The position numbers were made by a program, and so were the translations under genes. Source: Promethearchaeota archaeon (lineage in GTDB: Archaea > Asgardarchaeota > Lokiarchaeia > Sigyniarchaeales > SOKP01). From it: a stretch of DNA of 64,000 nucleotides. Under the pieces are notes generated by a model that made no database searches, was not told where the DNA came from, and saw only the letters and a program-made list of their open reading frames with translations. The stretch covers positions 1 through 64,000 of the forward strand of contig JBHLOI010000002.1 in NCBI GenBank assembly GCA_048940645.1, read 5' to 3'. Shown here piece by piece: positions 11,544-20,851 of the stretch; within the stretch, counting starts at the first letter, position 1; each line of letters starts with the position of its first letter.

Positions 11544-12134
11544 ATGAAGTTTCCCAGAATTTTTAAAAATAAATTTATAATAATTTGTATTCAGTTCTCA
11601 ATCTTAAGTTTATTCTTACTTATTTTTGAATACTATTTTGATATTACTTTTGACCCCCTAACTTCTCAAGTTCATAGACAAATTATCCAGTTTTTAGCAA
11701 ATTATTTTTTGTATAATACTTGGTCTGATTTGATTTTTATCTATTTAGTTTGGATATTAGTAGGTTTAATACCCGTTTTCATTTATAGAAATTTAAGAAA
11801 AGCTTATTCAACTAACTTATTAATATTTTTTCTTCCAAACTTTTTCTTTTACGTATTTTTAAGCAGATATTCACCCGCTTATTTTAACTTAGAATTTCCT
11901 AATCTTATAATAAAATCAATTGTTTTATGTATTATTATTATTTCAATTTCAATTGGATTATCTTTTTTATTAAATAGATTATCAAAGAAAGATTTAACAA
12001 TTACAAAAGAAGATTTAGGTATAATTCAAAAAGAAACTACAATGATTTGTCCCTCGTGTGGAACTCCATTTAAGTCGATTCCCCAATACTGTTATAAATG
12101 TAATTTTAAATTAATAAAAGATAACAAGGAATAA
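11544..12134 (+). CDS. Membrane protein (about 4 TM) with C-terminal zinc ribbon
   Basis: Hydrophobic segments followed by CPSCG...YCYKC. Confidence 0.7.
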   Translation: MKFPRIFKNKFIIICIQFSILSLFLLIFEYYFDITFDPLTSQVHRQIIQFLANYFLYNTWSDLIFIYLVWILVGLIPVFIYRNLRKAYSTNLLIFFLPNFFFYVFLSRYSPAYFNLEFPNLIIKSIVLCIIIISISIGLSFLLNRLSKKDLTITKEDLGIIQKETTMICPSCGTPFKSIPQYCYKCNFKLIKDNKE

Positions 12135-12141
12135 ATAGAAA

Positions 12142-13599
12142 ATGTTAAATAATAAATCTATTTTCGATTTGTTGTTTAATCCAAAAACGGTTGTTATTTT
12201 AGAAGCAAAAGTAAAAATTTCTTTTTTTATTGAAGGATTTAAAAGACAGGGGTTCAACTTAGATAATTTATTTCTGATTTCTTCATCAGAAGATAAAATT
12301 CACGATATTAAATGCTATAAATCGATTAATGACATCCCAATTGAGTCAGTTGATCTTTTAATTTTATCTGTAAATAGGGACCTTCTTATAGATACCTTAA
12401 ATGAATTCTTGAACAAAAAAAAGGTCAATTTCATTCATATTTTTACTGCAGGTACAGCTGAATTTGATGAGAAAGGCATTCAAATCGAACGAGCAATAAG
12501 GTTAATCTTGGATAAATATCCGAAAACCCGCGCTATTGGACCTAATTGTATGGGATTATATAACCCTAAAGGTAAAATTGCTTATTATCCATCCTTTCCA
12601 ATTGAAAGTGGAAATATTGGTTTGGTTTTTCAATCAGGTGATTTGCATTCAAAAATGATAAAATTTAGTACCACCAGATATAATTTAAGATTTTCTAAAG
12701 GAGTTAGCATTGGAAATTGTGTGGATATACAGTTTTCAGAGATACTTGAATACTATAATGAGGATGATGAAGTTAATTTAATTTGTATATATTTTGAGGG
12801 TTTTTCTATATTACATAAGAAGGAGGGAAAGAGACTCCTTCAAGTCTTAAAAAGTATGAAAAAACCAGTATTATTTATGAGAGGAGGGAAAACTAAAAGA
12901 GGTCAGTCAGCAGTTCTTACTCATACAGGATCTTTAGCAACTTCAAATGACATTTGGGATGCGATTTATAAGCAGACCCCCATTATTGAAATTCAATCGT
13001 CTATAGATGAATTAATTGATTATACGTATTTCTTCTCAAGTTATTTAAATCGTTTTAAAAAGTTAAAAAAACAAATATTTTATCCTAGAGGGAAGCGTGT
13101 TTTAGTTATTTTGTGGTCTGGCGGCTTTGGAATATTAGCTACTGATATGCTTAATGAATTAGGTTTAGAAATGCCAATTTTTGAGGGGCAGGCTTTAGAA
13201 AAATTAAAAAACATTTATCCCATAAAAATTGGAAGTTTATCAAACCCTTTCGATTTACCTTGGATAATTCATCGAAAAGAATTTGTAGAGTTAGCAAAGG
13301 CAGCTATAGATAACGATATTGATTTGGTGATCGTAGAAACAGATGCTTGGAGTGATATGGAAGGTGAGCGTTTTAAATCTTATTACAACAATTTATATAC
13401 AATTAAAGAATATGTTGAGAGTCTTGATAAGATATTTGTGATAGTAATTCACCAATATCCTAGTAAATCAAGGGAAATTTTATATAATATGCTTGTAAAA
13501 GATAAATTCTTAGTATATAATTCTATAGAAATTGCTGCTAAAGCATTTTTAAAACTACATGAATTTGGAAAAAAATTAGAGAACATAAAAATAGAATAA
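12142..13599 (+). CDS. NDP-forming acyl-CoA synthetase alpha-subunit-like protein (CoA-binding and ligase domains)
   Basis: LFNPK, IGPNCMG, FQSG, VSIGN, phospho-His motif THTGSLA, SGGFGILATD, NPFDL. Confidence 0.85.
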   Translation: MLNNKSIFDLLFNPKTVVILEAKVKISFFIEGFKRQGFNLDNLFLISSSEDKIHDIKCYKSINDIPIESVDLLILSVNRDLLIDTLNEFLNKKKVNFIHIFTAGTAEFDEKGIQIERAIRLILDKYPKTRAIGPNCMGLYNPKGKIAYYPSFPIESGNIGLVFQSGDLHSKMIKFSTTRYNLRFSKGVSIGNCVDIQFSEILEYYNEDDEVNLICIYFEGFSILHKKEGKRLLQVLKSMKKPVLFMRGGKTKRGQSAVLTHTGSLATSNDIWDAIYKQTPIIEIQSSIDELIDYTYFFSSYLNRFKKLKKQIFYPRGKRVLVILWSGGFGILATDMLNELGLEMPIFEGQALEKLKNIYPIKIGSLSNPFDLPWIIHRKEFVELAKAAIDNDIDLVIVETDAWSDMEGERFKSYYNNLYTIKEYVESLDKIFVIVIHQYPSKSREILYNMLVKDKFLVYNSIEIAAKAFLKLHEFGKKLENIKIE

Positions 13600-13618
13600 A
13601 ATTTTGAGTTAAAGAAAA

Positions 13619-14611
13619 ATGGCGGGTGAATGGATTGCAATTCTTGCGGTGCTAACATTTGTAGGATCCAATGTAATATTTCGAAGAACTGAAAAGGAGG
13701 CCAGTCCTAAATTTATTAATTTCATTCGTACAGCTATTGGGACAATAACATTTTTCCTTCTATCATTTATCTTCAATATTTTTTTTACAATTTTTTTATT
13801 ACCTTGGGAGTTATGGATTCTATTATTTGCAAGTTTCTTATTTGGTCAAGTTATAGGAGATACATTCTATTTTCAAGCTCAGAAAGAATTAGGTACTACC
13901 ATTGCTTTGGCCATTTCAATGACCTTTCCTCTTTTTACTTTCATTCTTTCATTAATCTTCTTAAATCAACCTTTTGAAGTTAATTTATTAATATCTTTAA
14001 TTTTGATAAGTATTGGAATAATTATCATCGGAAAAACGCGGACAAAATTAGAAAAAAATAATGATAAATATGATAATGAGAAAAAAAGGTTATTATCAAA
14101 AAGCCGAATTAAGGAATTTATTTCAAAAACATCATTTAAAGCTTTAATGTTTGGTTTAGTTGCAGCCATAGGCTGGGCTACTGGTCTCGTGATGATCGAA
14201 TTTGCTACAACTGAAATTAATAGAATACTAAGTTTAGAAGGATTGAGTTCCATAATCGGTAATGTAATTAGATTTCCATTTGCTCTTCTCATTTTATCTT
14301 CAATGGTGTTTTCAGAAACATATTATCAAAAAAAAGGAAAAATTGAACCAACACAGAAAAAAAATATAAAAACTTGGGCCTTATTAATTTTAGCAGCAAT
14401 TTTAGGAACATCTATAGGCGCTTATCTATATACAGAAGCAGCACGTACTGCAGGAGGTAAGGTAATGTCATTAATAGCTAGTGCAGCTCCACTTTTTTCA
14501 TTACCCTTAACTTATTGGCTGAATAAAGAAAAAATTACAAAATTTGGATTTTTAGGCGTAATTTTAACGATTATTGGAGTCGCAATTATAATAATTACTG
14601 GAGAGCCATAA
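13619..14611 (+). CDS. DMT/EamA family transporter
   Basis: About 10 TM in two repeats; IGDTFYF, PLFT, PLFS...LNKEKIT. Confidence 0.88.
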   Translation: MAGEWIAILAVLTFVGSNVIFRRTEKEASPKFINFIRTAIGTITFFLLSFIFNIFFTIFLLPWELWILLFASFLFGQVIGDTFYFQAQKELGTTIALAISMTFPLFTFILSLIFLNQPFEVNLLISLILISIGIIIIGKTRTKLEKNNDKYDNEKKRLLSKSRIKEFISKTSFKALMFGLVAAIGWATGLVMIEFATTEINRILSLEGLSSIIGNVIRFPFALLILSSMVFSETYYQKKGKIEPTQKKNIKTWALLILAAILGTSIGAYLYTEAARTAGGKVMSLIASAAPLFSLPLTYWLNKEKITKFGFLGVILTIIGVAIIIITGEP

Positions 14612-14621
14612 ATTTTGTTAG

Positions 14622-15200
14622 CTAAACAATTTTATCATACAGAAATTCATTTTTATCCAAGATTACTTTTGCCATTTCTACAAAAATTTTTCTGATATTA
14701 ACATTTTCTTTCGAAGAAGTCTCAAAATAATGGATATTATTATGCGTTTTTCGAAAATTTTCAATAACTAGCTCATCTACCTTTTTCTTATCCTTAATTA
14801 AATCAAGTTTACACCCGATTAACACTTTTGGTATATCCTGAGGTAATAACTTTTGTAAATGATTGTTCCACCAGTCCAATCCAAGTAAAGTGTTGTTAAG
14901 ATTGTATAGACTAAATACGAGGAAAATTCCATTTGCCCCATGAATGTAATAGCTAAACATCTTTTTAAATTGTTCTTGCCCCCCAAAATCCCATATACTA
15001 AAACGTAAGAATTGCTCTTCGCCATTAATAATAATAGGCATATCATAGGTATAGAAATCAATTCCGATTGTAAGCTTAGTGTTGGCATCAAATGTGTCAA
15101 AACATAGCCTTCTTGCGATACATGTCTTCCCTACACCACCATCACCTATTAAACAGAGCTTAAAAACATAGGCTGGCTTTTCTTCTTGTTGGAATGCCAT
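14622..15200 (-). CDS. Rab-like small GTPase
   Basis: GDGGVGKT, TIGIDF, WDFGGQE, GCKLD, ETSSK. Confidence 0.93.
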   Translation of the reverse strand: MAFQQEEKPAYVFKLCLIGDGGVGKTCIARRLCFDTFDANTKLTIGIDFYTYDMPIIINGEEQFLRFSIWDFGGQEQFKKMFSYYIHGANGIFLVFSLYNLNNTLLGLDWWNNHLQKLLPQDIPKVLIGCKLDLIKDKKKVDELVIENFRKTHNNIHYFETSSKENVNIRKIFVEMAKVILDKNEFLYDKIV

Positions 15201-15329
15201 ATTTTTCTCACGTTTTTGCTTATTATAAAAAAAATATTTTTATTTTCTAGAATAAACAAAACATTCAATTTTAAATCTTTATATAATTTTTAAAATGGTT
15301 AAAAATCGAATAATGGACATTAACAGAAC

Positions 15330-16928
15330 TTATTGAATAACTTTTGCTGGATTACTTATTCTTTTTTGTAGCGTTAATATTATGATTATTAATGAGGTTA
15401 AGCTTAAAATCATAATCAAGAAGATAATATCACTTGGAATTTCATTTTCTATTCCAGAAGAATAAGAATATTTTATTAATACCATATCTATATCACTTCC
15501 ATCACTGTCATTCCATGTTTCTCCAAGAATGTAGATATTATCAAATACATCAATATACATATCAAAACACTGATCACATTTACTACTTTCATTCCACTTC
15601 TTATCCCATAAAAATTCACCTGTGATATTATAGTGCAATACAACAATATCAATATCATCCTTAATATAAGAACATGTGTCGCCTAAAATGAAAAGATTGT
15701 CATTGAAGCCAAATTCAATTTCTACTGGAAAATTTTCTCCATCATAGTCAGACCAACTTTCATCCCAAAGATATTCCCCTGTCCTATTAAATTTTACTAA
15801 TGTTATACTTGAATTGTCAAGATAGCTGGGAGCTGGCTCATCTATCCAGACTAAGATGTAAACATAATCCAATGAACTTATTGCTAAATCCCAAGATTCC
15901 TCATGATGTGCACTTCCCCACGTTTCATTCCAAAATAGGGTTCCTGAAGCACTATATTTTGATAGAAAGATATCAGCCCCATAAGGAATATATGGCTCAA
16001 GCATATATCTTATTTTGTAAGCCCCAGTTATATAAATATTATTGGATGAATCTATAGCAATTTTATAAGCATAATCTCCATAGGCAGTACCCCAAGTATT
16101 ATTCCATAATTCCTCTCCCAAACCATTTAACTTCACTAAAAATACATCACCTCTTATAAGATACTTATGTCCATATACATCACCAACTTGTATCATCCCA
16201 ATTACTCCAGAGATATATAGGTTGTTAGACGAATCGAGTATTGCATCATATCCTACATCATAATCAATTCCACCCCATGTCCTATTCCATAATTGATCTC
16301 CTATACTATTATATTTAATTACAACTATATCAAGAGCTCCATTTCCGTATGATTCAGTACGACCTACGATATAAATGTCATTAGATGAATCTATTAATAT
16401 TTTTGTGGCTAAATCCTTATTGATTCCGCCCCATGTCCTATTCCATAACTGTTCTCCAACACTATTATATTTTATTATAATTATATCACTATCTCCATTT
16501 CCAAAACTAGATGTAGATCCTGTGATGTAAATATCTCCCGATAAATCCATCACAATATCATAACCAAAATCATCATTGCTACCGCCCCATATAAAATCCC
16601 ATTCGTATTCAATCATATTTTTATATTTTATAACCACTATATCAGCTCCTCCGTTCCCATAAGATTCAGTATAACCTACAATATAAACATTATTTGAAGA
16701 ATCAACAATAAACTCATTAGGTTCATCACGATCTTTTCCCCCCCACTTCGTATTCCATTCTTCAAGATTAGTATTTGCAGAGGTGGCTGCTGTATTAAGG
16801 ATCTTACCGCTTCTTTCTTCTATATAAGTTTCATTAACTAAAAAAATAGAAATTAATAGGTTAGATATAAAAAATAGGCTAATGATTAAAACTGATATCC
16901 TTTTTAGACGGATTTTAATTTTATTCAT
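15330..16928 (-). CDS. Membrane-anchored SBBP-type beta-propeller repeat surface protein
   Basis: Repeats of about 53 aa (DSSNNxYIxGxTxSYGNGxxDIxxIKYNSxGEQLWNRTWGG); hydrophobic N-terminus and C-terminal TM followed by basic residues. Confidence 0.88.
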   Translation of the reverse strand: MNKIKIRLKRISVLIISLFFISNLLISIFLVNETYIEERSGKILNTAATSANTNLEEWNTKWGGKDRDEPNEFIVDSSNNVYIVGYTESYGNGGADIVVIKYKNMIEYEWDFIWGGSNDDFGYDIVMDLSGDIYITGSTSSFGNGDSDIIIIKYNSVGEQLWNRTWGGINKDLATKILIDSSNDIYIVGRTESYGNGALDIVVIKYNSIGDQLWNRTWGGIDYDVGYDAILDSSNNLYISGVIGMIQVGDVYGHKYLIRGDVFLVKLNGLGEELWNNTWGTAYGDYAYKIAIDSSNNIYITGAYKIRYMLEPYIPYGADIFLSKYSASGTLFWNETWGSAHHEESWDLAISSLDYVYILVWIDEPAPSYLDNSSITLVKFNRTGEYLWDESWSDYDGENFPVEIEFGFNDNLFILGDTCSYIKDDIDIVVLHYNITGEFLWDKKWNESSKCDQCFDMYIDVFDNIYILGETWNDSDGSDIDMVLIKYSYSSGIENEIPSDIIFLIMILSLTSLIIIILTLQKRISNPAKVIQ

Positions 16929-17058
16929 GTATTAATTATCTGTATTTTTTTGTCAAATTTTTGAATCTGGATTATTTATAAGGAAGAAAAGTAAATTTTT
17001 AATAATTATGCTAAGACCCTACAACAAGTTTTTATCTAAGTAATGTTAATTACCCTTT

Positions 17059-17523
17059 ATGAAAGAAAAGGATTTGTTTCCCGATTATGAACCCAAAACC
17101 ACTCCTGATACTATCGAAGATTATTTACGAAATCCTGAAAATGAAATATTCAAGATTCTAAGGAAAATTGGAGAACCTAAGCTTGAAAATTTGAACCAAA
17201 TCTTAAATTTATTTAAAAAATATCAAAATAAAGCTAAAAAAAATCCAGGTAAATTTCAGGATGGTAGAGTTGGTTTAGGTGCCAATTTAAAACAATATAC
17301 CCCTTCAGAAGAGGAATTAATTGTATCAGAATTAGGTAAAATGATAAAAAAAATAATCGAAATTAATTCAGAAAAGGAAATTAATGAATATAAGAAGAAG
17401 GAGAAAAAAAAATCCCAAATTATTGAATTTACCGAGATTTATTTTAGACATGTTGATGTTATGGGTTCAGGTAGATATTTCTATGCTGAGAAGAAAGATA
17501 AAAAGACTATATTTAGATTATAA
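17059..17523 (+). CDS. Hypothetical protein
   Basis: 154-aa ATG ORF with native codon usage; no family recognised. Confidence 0.7.
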   Translation: MKEKDLFPDYEPKTTPDTIEDYLRNPENEIFKILRKIGEPKLENLNQILNLFKKYQNKAKKNPGKFQDGRVGLGANLKQYTPSEEELIVSELGKMIKKIIEINSEKEINEYKKKEKKKSQIIEFTEIYFRHVDVMGSGRYFYAEKKDKKTIFRL

Positions 17524-17860
17524 ATCATCAAATCTCAGCTTCTATTTACAGATTCCCTTAAAAAGTAATTATCACGGAATTTTTAATCATTAGTATATGA
17601 AAAGTTTTATTATCATCAATATATACCACATCAACGTTATAAAATTCCATCACTTTATCCTATAGTTCAGATAATGATCTATAAAACCCTCCCATCTGAA
17701 TCCCAAAATTGATCAAATTCAGTGAATTGATTTCACTAGTTAAAAAAAAAAAATTTTATATCACCTATTTTTTTTGTCGACCAGAAGTGGGTGATTTGAT
17801 CTCTCGGTTTTATATCATCAACCAACACATTTAAATAGAAGTAATGCCAATTTACTAATA

Positions 17861-17895
17861 AGAATGTTAAATTTTACATAAAGTTTAACACTTCT
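17861..17895 (+). promoter_or_regulatory. 15-bp stem-loop upstream of the histone gene (possible 5' leader structure or operator)
   Basis: AGAATGTTAAATTTT-ACAT-AAAGTTTAACA(C)TTCT, one bulge and one G-U pair; lies about 25 nt after a TATA-like TTTAAATA at 17830-17837. Confidence 0.4.
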
Positions 17896-17939
17896 ATAAA
17901 AATGAATTTTATGGAAATTAACCAAAATAATTAAAAAGT

Positions 17940-17944
17940 GGAGG
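17940..17944 (+). promoter_or_regulatory. Shine-Dalgarno motif of the histone gene
   Basis: GGAGG 8 nt before ATG 17953. Confidence 0.6.
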
Positions 17945-17952
17945 AATAAAAA

Positions 17953-18159
17953 ATGGCTGCATTTGCCTGGTCACCATTACGTGCGTTAATGAAAAAAGCT
18001 GGTGCTGAAATTGTAAGCCGTGCTGCAGTTGATAAATTAATGGATTATTTAGAAGAATATGCTAAAGAACTTACTGCATGCGCTTTAGATATTGCTAAGC
18101 ACTCCGGTCGTAAGAAAGTCACCCAGGCTGATATGAAACTTGCTATCGGTATGATTTAA
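17953..18159 (+). CDS. Archaeal histone (HMf family, tailless)
   Basis: SPLRALMKKAGAEIVSRAA...AKHSGRKKVTQADMKLA histone fold, 68 aa. Confidence 0.95.
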   Translation: MAAFAWSPLRALMKKAGAEIVSRAAVDKLMDYLEEYAKELTACALDIAKHSGRKKVTQADMKLAIGMI

Positions 18160-18191
18160 GCCGATAACTCAAAATAGGAATAACCAAAATA

Positions 18192-18207
18192 TTTTTTTCT
18201 TTTTTTT
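18192..18207 (+). terminator. Oligo-T archaeal terminator of the histone gene
   Basis: T7-C-T8 tract about 32 nt after the stop codon. Confidence 0.55.
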
Positions 18208-18506
18208 ACTTTATATTAATAAAGTTTTACTTTCAAAGTGATATTTGTCTTTCAGTTTGTGCAACATTTTTTTAAAAAAGAAGCTTTCTTTATTCTATTA
18301 TTTCTAAATTTAAATCAATCCAATTCCCACTAATATCTTCTCTTAGGCGATGAATTTTCATTAGCTTATGAGTTGGAACATTTTCACAGTTAAACAACTA
18401 AAGCAATAGTCTTTTTATTAAACTTATTATGATAACTCATAGATTTTGATAGAATCCAAACTCAAAATTGTAACTATTAAATAAAATCTCATTTATATTA
18501 ATTAAT

Positions 18507-19799
18507 ATGGAGAAACGTAAATTAAATGAAATAGAATATCTAAATTGGCTTATAGGCCAGCCTTACAACATGTCTATGTCTATTACGGTAAAAGGACATA
18601 TAGATAAAGAATTACTAAAAGAGTCTTTAGAAAAAGTTCAAAAGAAGCATCCAATATTGCAATCTCGGTTAGATGTGAATGACGAGGGAAAACCATTTTT
18701 GATTTTTGGTGTTAGCGGTTTGATTCCATTAGAAATCATTCCTCGAACAGATGATGATTATTGCAAAATATTAGTGGACAAGGAATTTAATATCCCTTTT
18801 GAAACAGGTATTGATTGCCCTTATCCATTAATCAGAGTAAAATTGTTAACATCAGAATCGATCTCAGATATAATTATAACAATAGCTCATGTTATAGGGG
18901 ATGGTATGTCAATGATATATCTTTTCCGTGATCTTATTTTCTTAATGGCAAGTTCTAAGAAAAGAATTAAACCTCTTAAAGTAATAATGAACGCTGAAGA
19001 CATCCTGCCTCCTTTTTACCGGAAAAAGATACCTAAAACTGCGAGAAAATTCAAAACACTTGTATGGTTTATTAAAAAGGTGATTACTCTTCGAAAATTC
19101 ATTCGGAAACTTACTAAAAAACAGTCGAGGGAAAAAAAACAAGACAATAAAGACAATAAACAGAAGCGGTTTATAACACGAAATTGGGCTTTAACAGAAG
19201 AACAATCCCAAGCATTAATTAAAAAATGTAAAAATGAAGGTGTTTCAGTCCATAGCGCATTGTGCACAATCTTTTTACCAGATTTCTCGCTTATTTATAA
19301 TCCTGTTAATTTAAGAAAGAAATTAGCGTATCCCGTTGGAGAATCTGTAGGAGTGTATGCAGGAAGAACAGAGGTTAAGGTAAAATTAAAAAAAAAATCC
19401 ACATTTTGGAATAATGCTCGAAAATATTATGATAAACTAGTAAAGGGCTTAAATAGTGATGAAGTCTTCAAAGTTTTTAAGCTAATTAATAGAAAAGTTC
19501 CATTTAAGGTATTCAACGAGTTAATGTCCTTAGAAACAGAACATACTCGTCGCATTTGGATCACTAATCTTGGCTCACTTGATAAATTCAATGAATTCAT
19601 CGCATCTAAAGGATTCACAATAAAAATGTTGTATGGTGGAGTATCACCAACTTACGAAGCAATTTTTGTTCCTATTTTTACTATTGATAAGAAAATACAT
19701 TTTCAATTGCACTGTTTAACACCACCTCATACAGAAGAAGAAATTAAGAAATATATAAACAATAGTCTTGGGGAGCTGAGTAAAGCACTAAATAATTAA
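18507..19799 (+). CDS. Condensation-domain / PapA5-like CoA-dependent acyltransferase
   Basis: KHPILQSR, HVIGDG (HxxxDG), CKNEGVSVHSAL, PVNLR, ITNLG. Confidence 0.8.
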   Translation: MEKRKLNEIEYLNWLIGQPYNMSMSITVKGHIDKELLKESLEKVQKKHPILQSRLDVNDEGKPFLIFGVSGLIPLEIIPRTDDDYCKILVDKEFNIPFETGIDCPYPLIRVKLLTSESISDIIITIAHVIGDGMSMIYLFRDLIFLMASSKKRIKPLKVIMNAEDILPPFYRKKIPKTARKFKTLVWFIKKVITLRKFIRKLTKKQSREKKQDNKDNKQKRFITRNWALTEEQSQALIKKCKNEGVSVHSALCTIFLPDFSLIYNPVNLRKKLAYPVGESVGVYAGRTEVKVKLKKKSTFWNNARKYYDKLVKGLNSDEVFKVFKLINRKVPFKVFNELMSLETEHTRRIWITNLGSLDKFNEFIASKGFTIKMLYGGVSPTYEAIFVPIFTIDKKIHFQLHCLTPPHTEEEIKKYINNSLGELSKALNN

Positions 19800-19987
19800 A
19801 GATTCGGGACTACTCTGATAGATTCTTAGTTAAAAGACAAAAGAGACTGAATATCCTAGTTTTCTAAATATACCATTAGTAATAATTTTCTCTAGTTTTA
19901 CAATAATTCTAGTAGAATTATCCAAACCCTCAAATGTTACCTTTTTAAGGATTTTTTTTTAACACTGTTTTATTTTCTAAATAGTTT

Positions 19988-20428
19988 TCAATCTATTTCA
20001 TATATTGTATTACAACAAGAATCTCCTTCAGCGACAGTATTAATAATCTTTAATTTGATTTTATCACTCACAGCTGTACGAAAATATTCATGATCAATTT
20101 CCATTACTGCTTCACATAATTCTCTTGATGTATTTTCTAAACCAAAAGGACATTTGCTGCCTTGAATATGAAATTTATTGTCTGATACTGAAATTATCTT
20201 TACATATTTTTGATCAAAACTCTTTGAAAAAGCCTTAGAAACGGTAGTCAAATTATTATTAGGTAATTTATTCTTAATTTTTAGACCTAATGCGTGGCCT
20301 TGTTTTTTACAAGCTTCTTTGATAATTGGTAATGATTCTTTTCCAAATTTCTCATAGAAGGCTTTAATTAGACATCCTTGAGCTTCAATTGGGTTATTCG
20401 GTAGAATATCATTATTTTTTTTTTCCAT
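19988..20428 (-). CDS. ATC-hydrolase / V4R-like small Cys-containing domain protein
   Basis: KFGKE, KCPFG...ELCEA...D, TVAEGDSCC pattern. Confidence 0.6.
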   Translation of the reverse strand: MEKKNNDILPNNPIEAQGCLIKAFYEKFGKESLPIIKEACKKQGHALGLKIKNKLPNNNLTTVSKAFSKSFDQKYVKIISVSDNKFHIQGSKCPFGLENTSRELCEAVMEIDHEYFRTAVSDKIKLKIINTVAEGDSCCNTIYEID

Positions 20429-20851
20429 AATATCCCTAATTAAAGTTAGTTTCTTCTATTTGGGAAAGTATAAGAACTAATATTAAGCTATTGAAATTTG
20501 TTTTAAAAGATATTTTTTTCTTATTTAAAATATTTTTTTGAAAAACTTACCCCTCCATTAATCCCCACATTCGCCACATTTGTGAACATAATTATGAGCT
20601 TTAGCAGAACCTCTCAAGAGATTTTAGATAGGCTGAGTAGAGAATATTTTAAGTTTAAAAAAATTCAAGCGACCTGTTGAATTTTAACTTTTATTCATTT
20701 TTTTAAAAAAATACATAAAAAATACTTATTAAGGGAAATAAATCTTTAGAGTATCAGTTATAATTATTCTGATATTGTGTAAATAATTTAATATCTTTTA
20801 TGACAAAATTATTAATTAAAATATAGTTCTCATATAAAATTAAAATTAATA

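Noticed and set aside
16200-16760. Recurring DNA words such as CCCCATGTCCTATTCCATAA at about 159-bp spacing
   Set aside because: These are coding repeats of the beta-propeller blades (WNRTWGG), not a CRISPR array or mobile-element repeat.
17760-17830. Locally GC-richer intergenic patch upstream of the histone gene, considered as a tRNA or ncRNA
   Set aside because: No cloverleaf, T-loop GTTCRA or convincing stem found.
18285-18400. 35-codon TTG-started minus-strand ORF (LFNCENVPTHKLMKIHRLREDISGNWIDLNLEIIE)
   Set aside because: Too short, with no SD or recognisable motif; cannot be supported without homologs.
20540-20640. Minus-strand fragment encoding HKCGECGD, like a zinc-ribbon remnant
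   Set aside because: Only about 20 open codons bounded by stops; may be chance.
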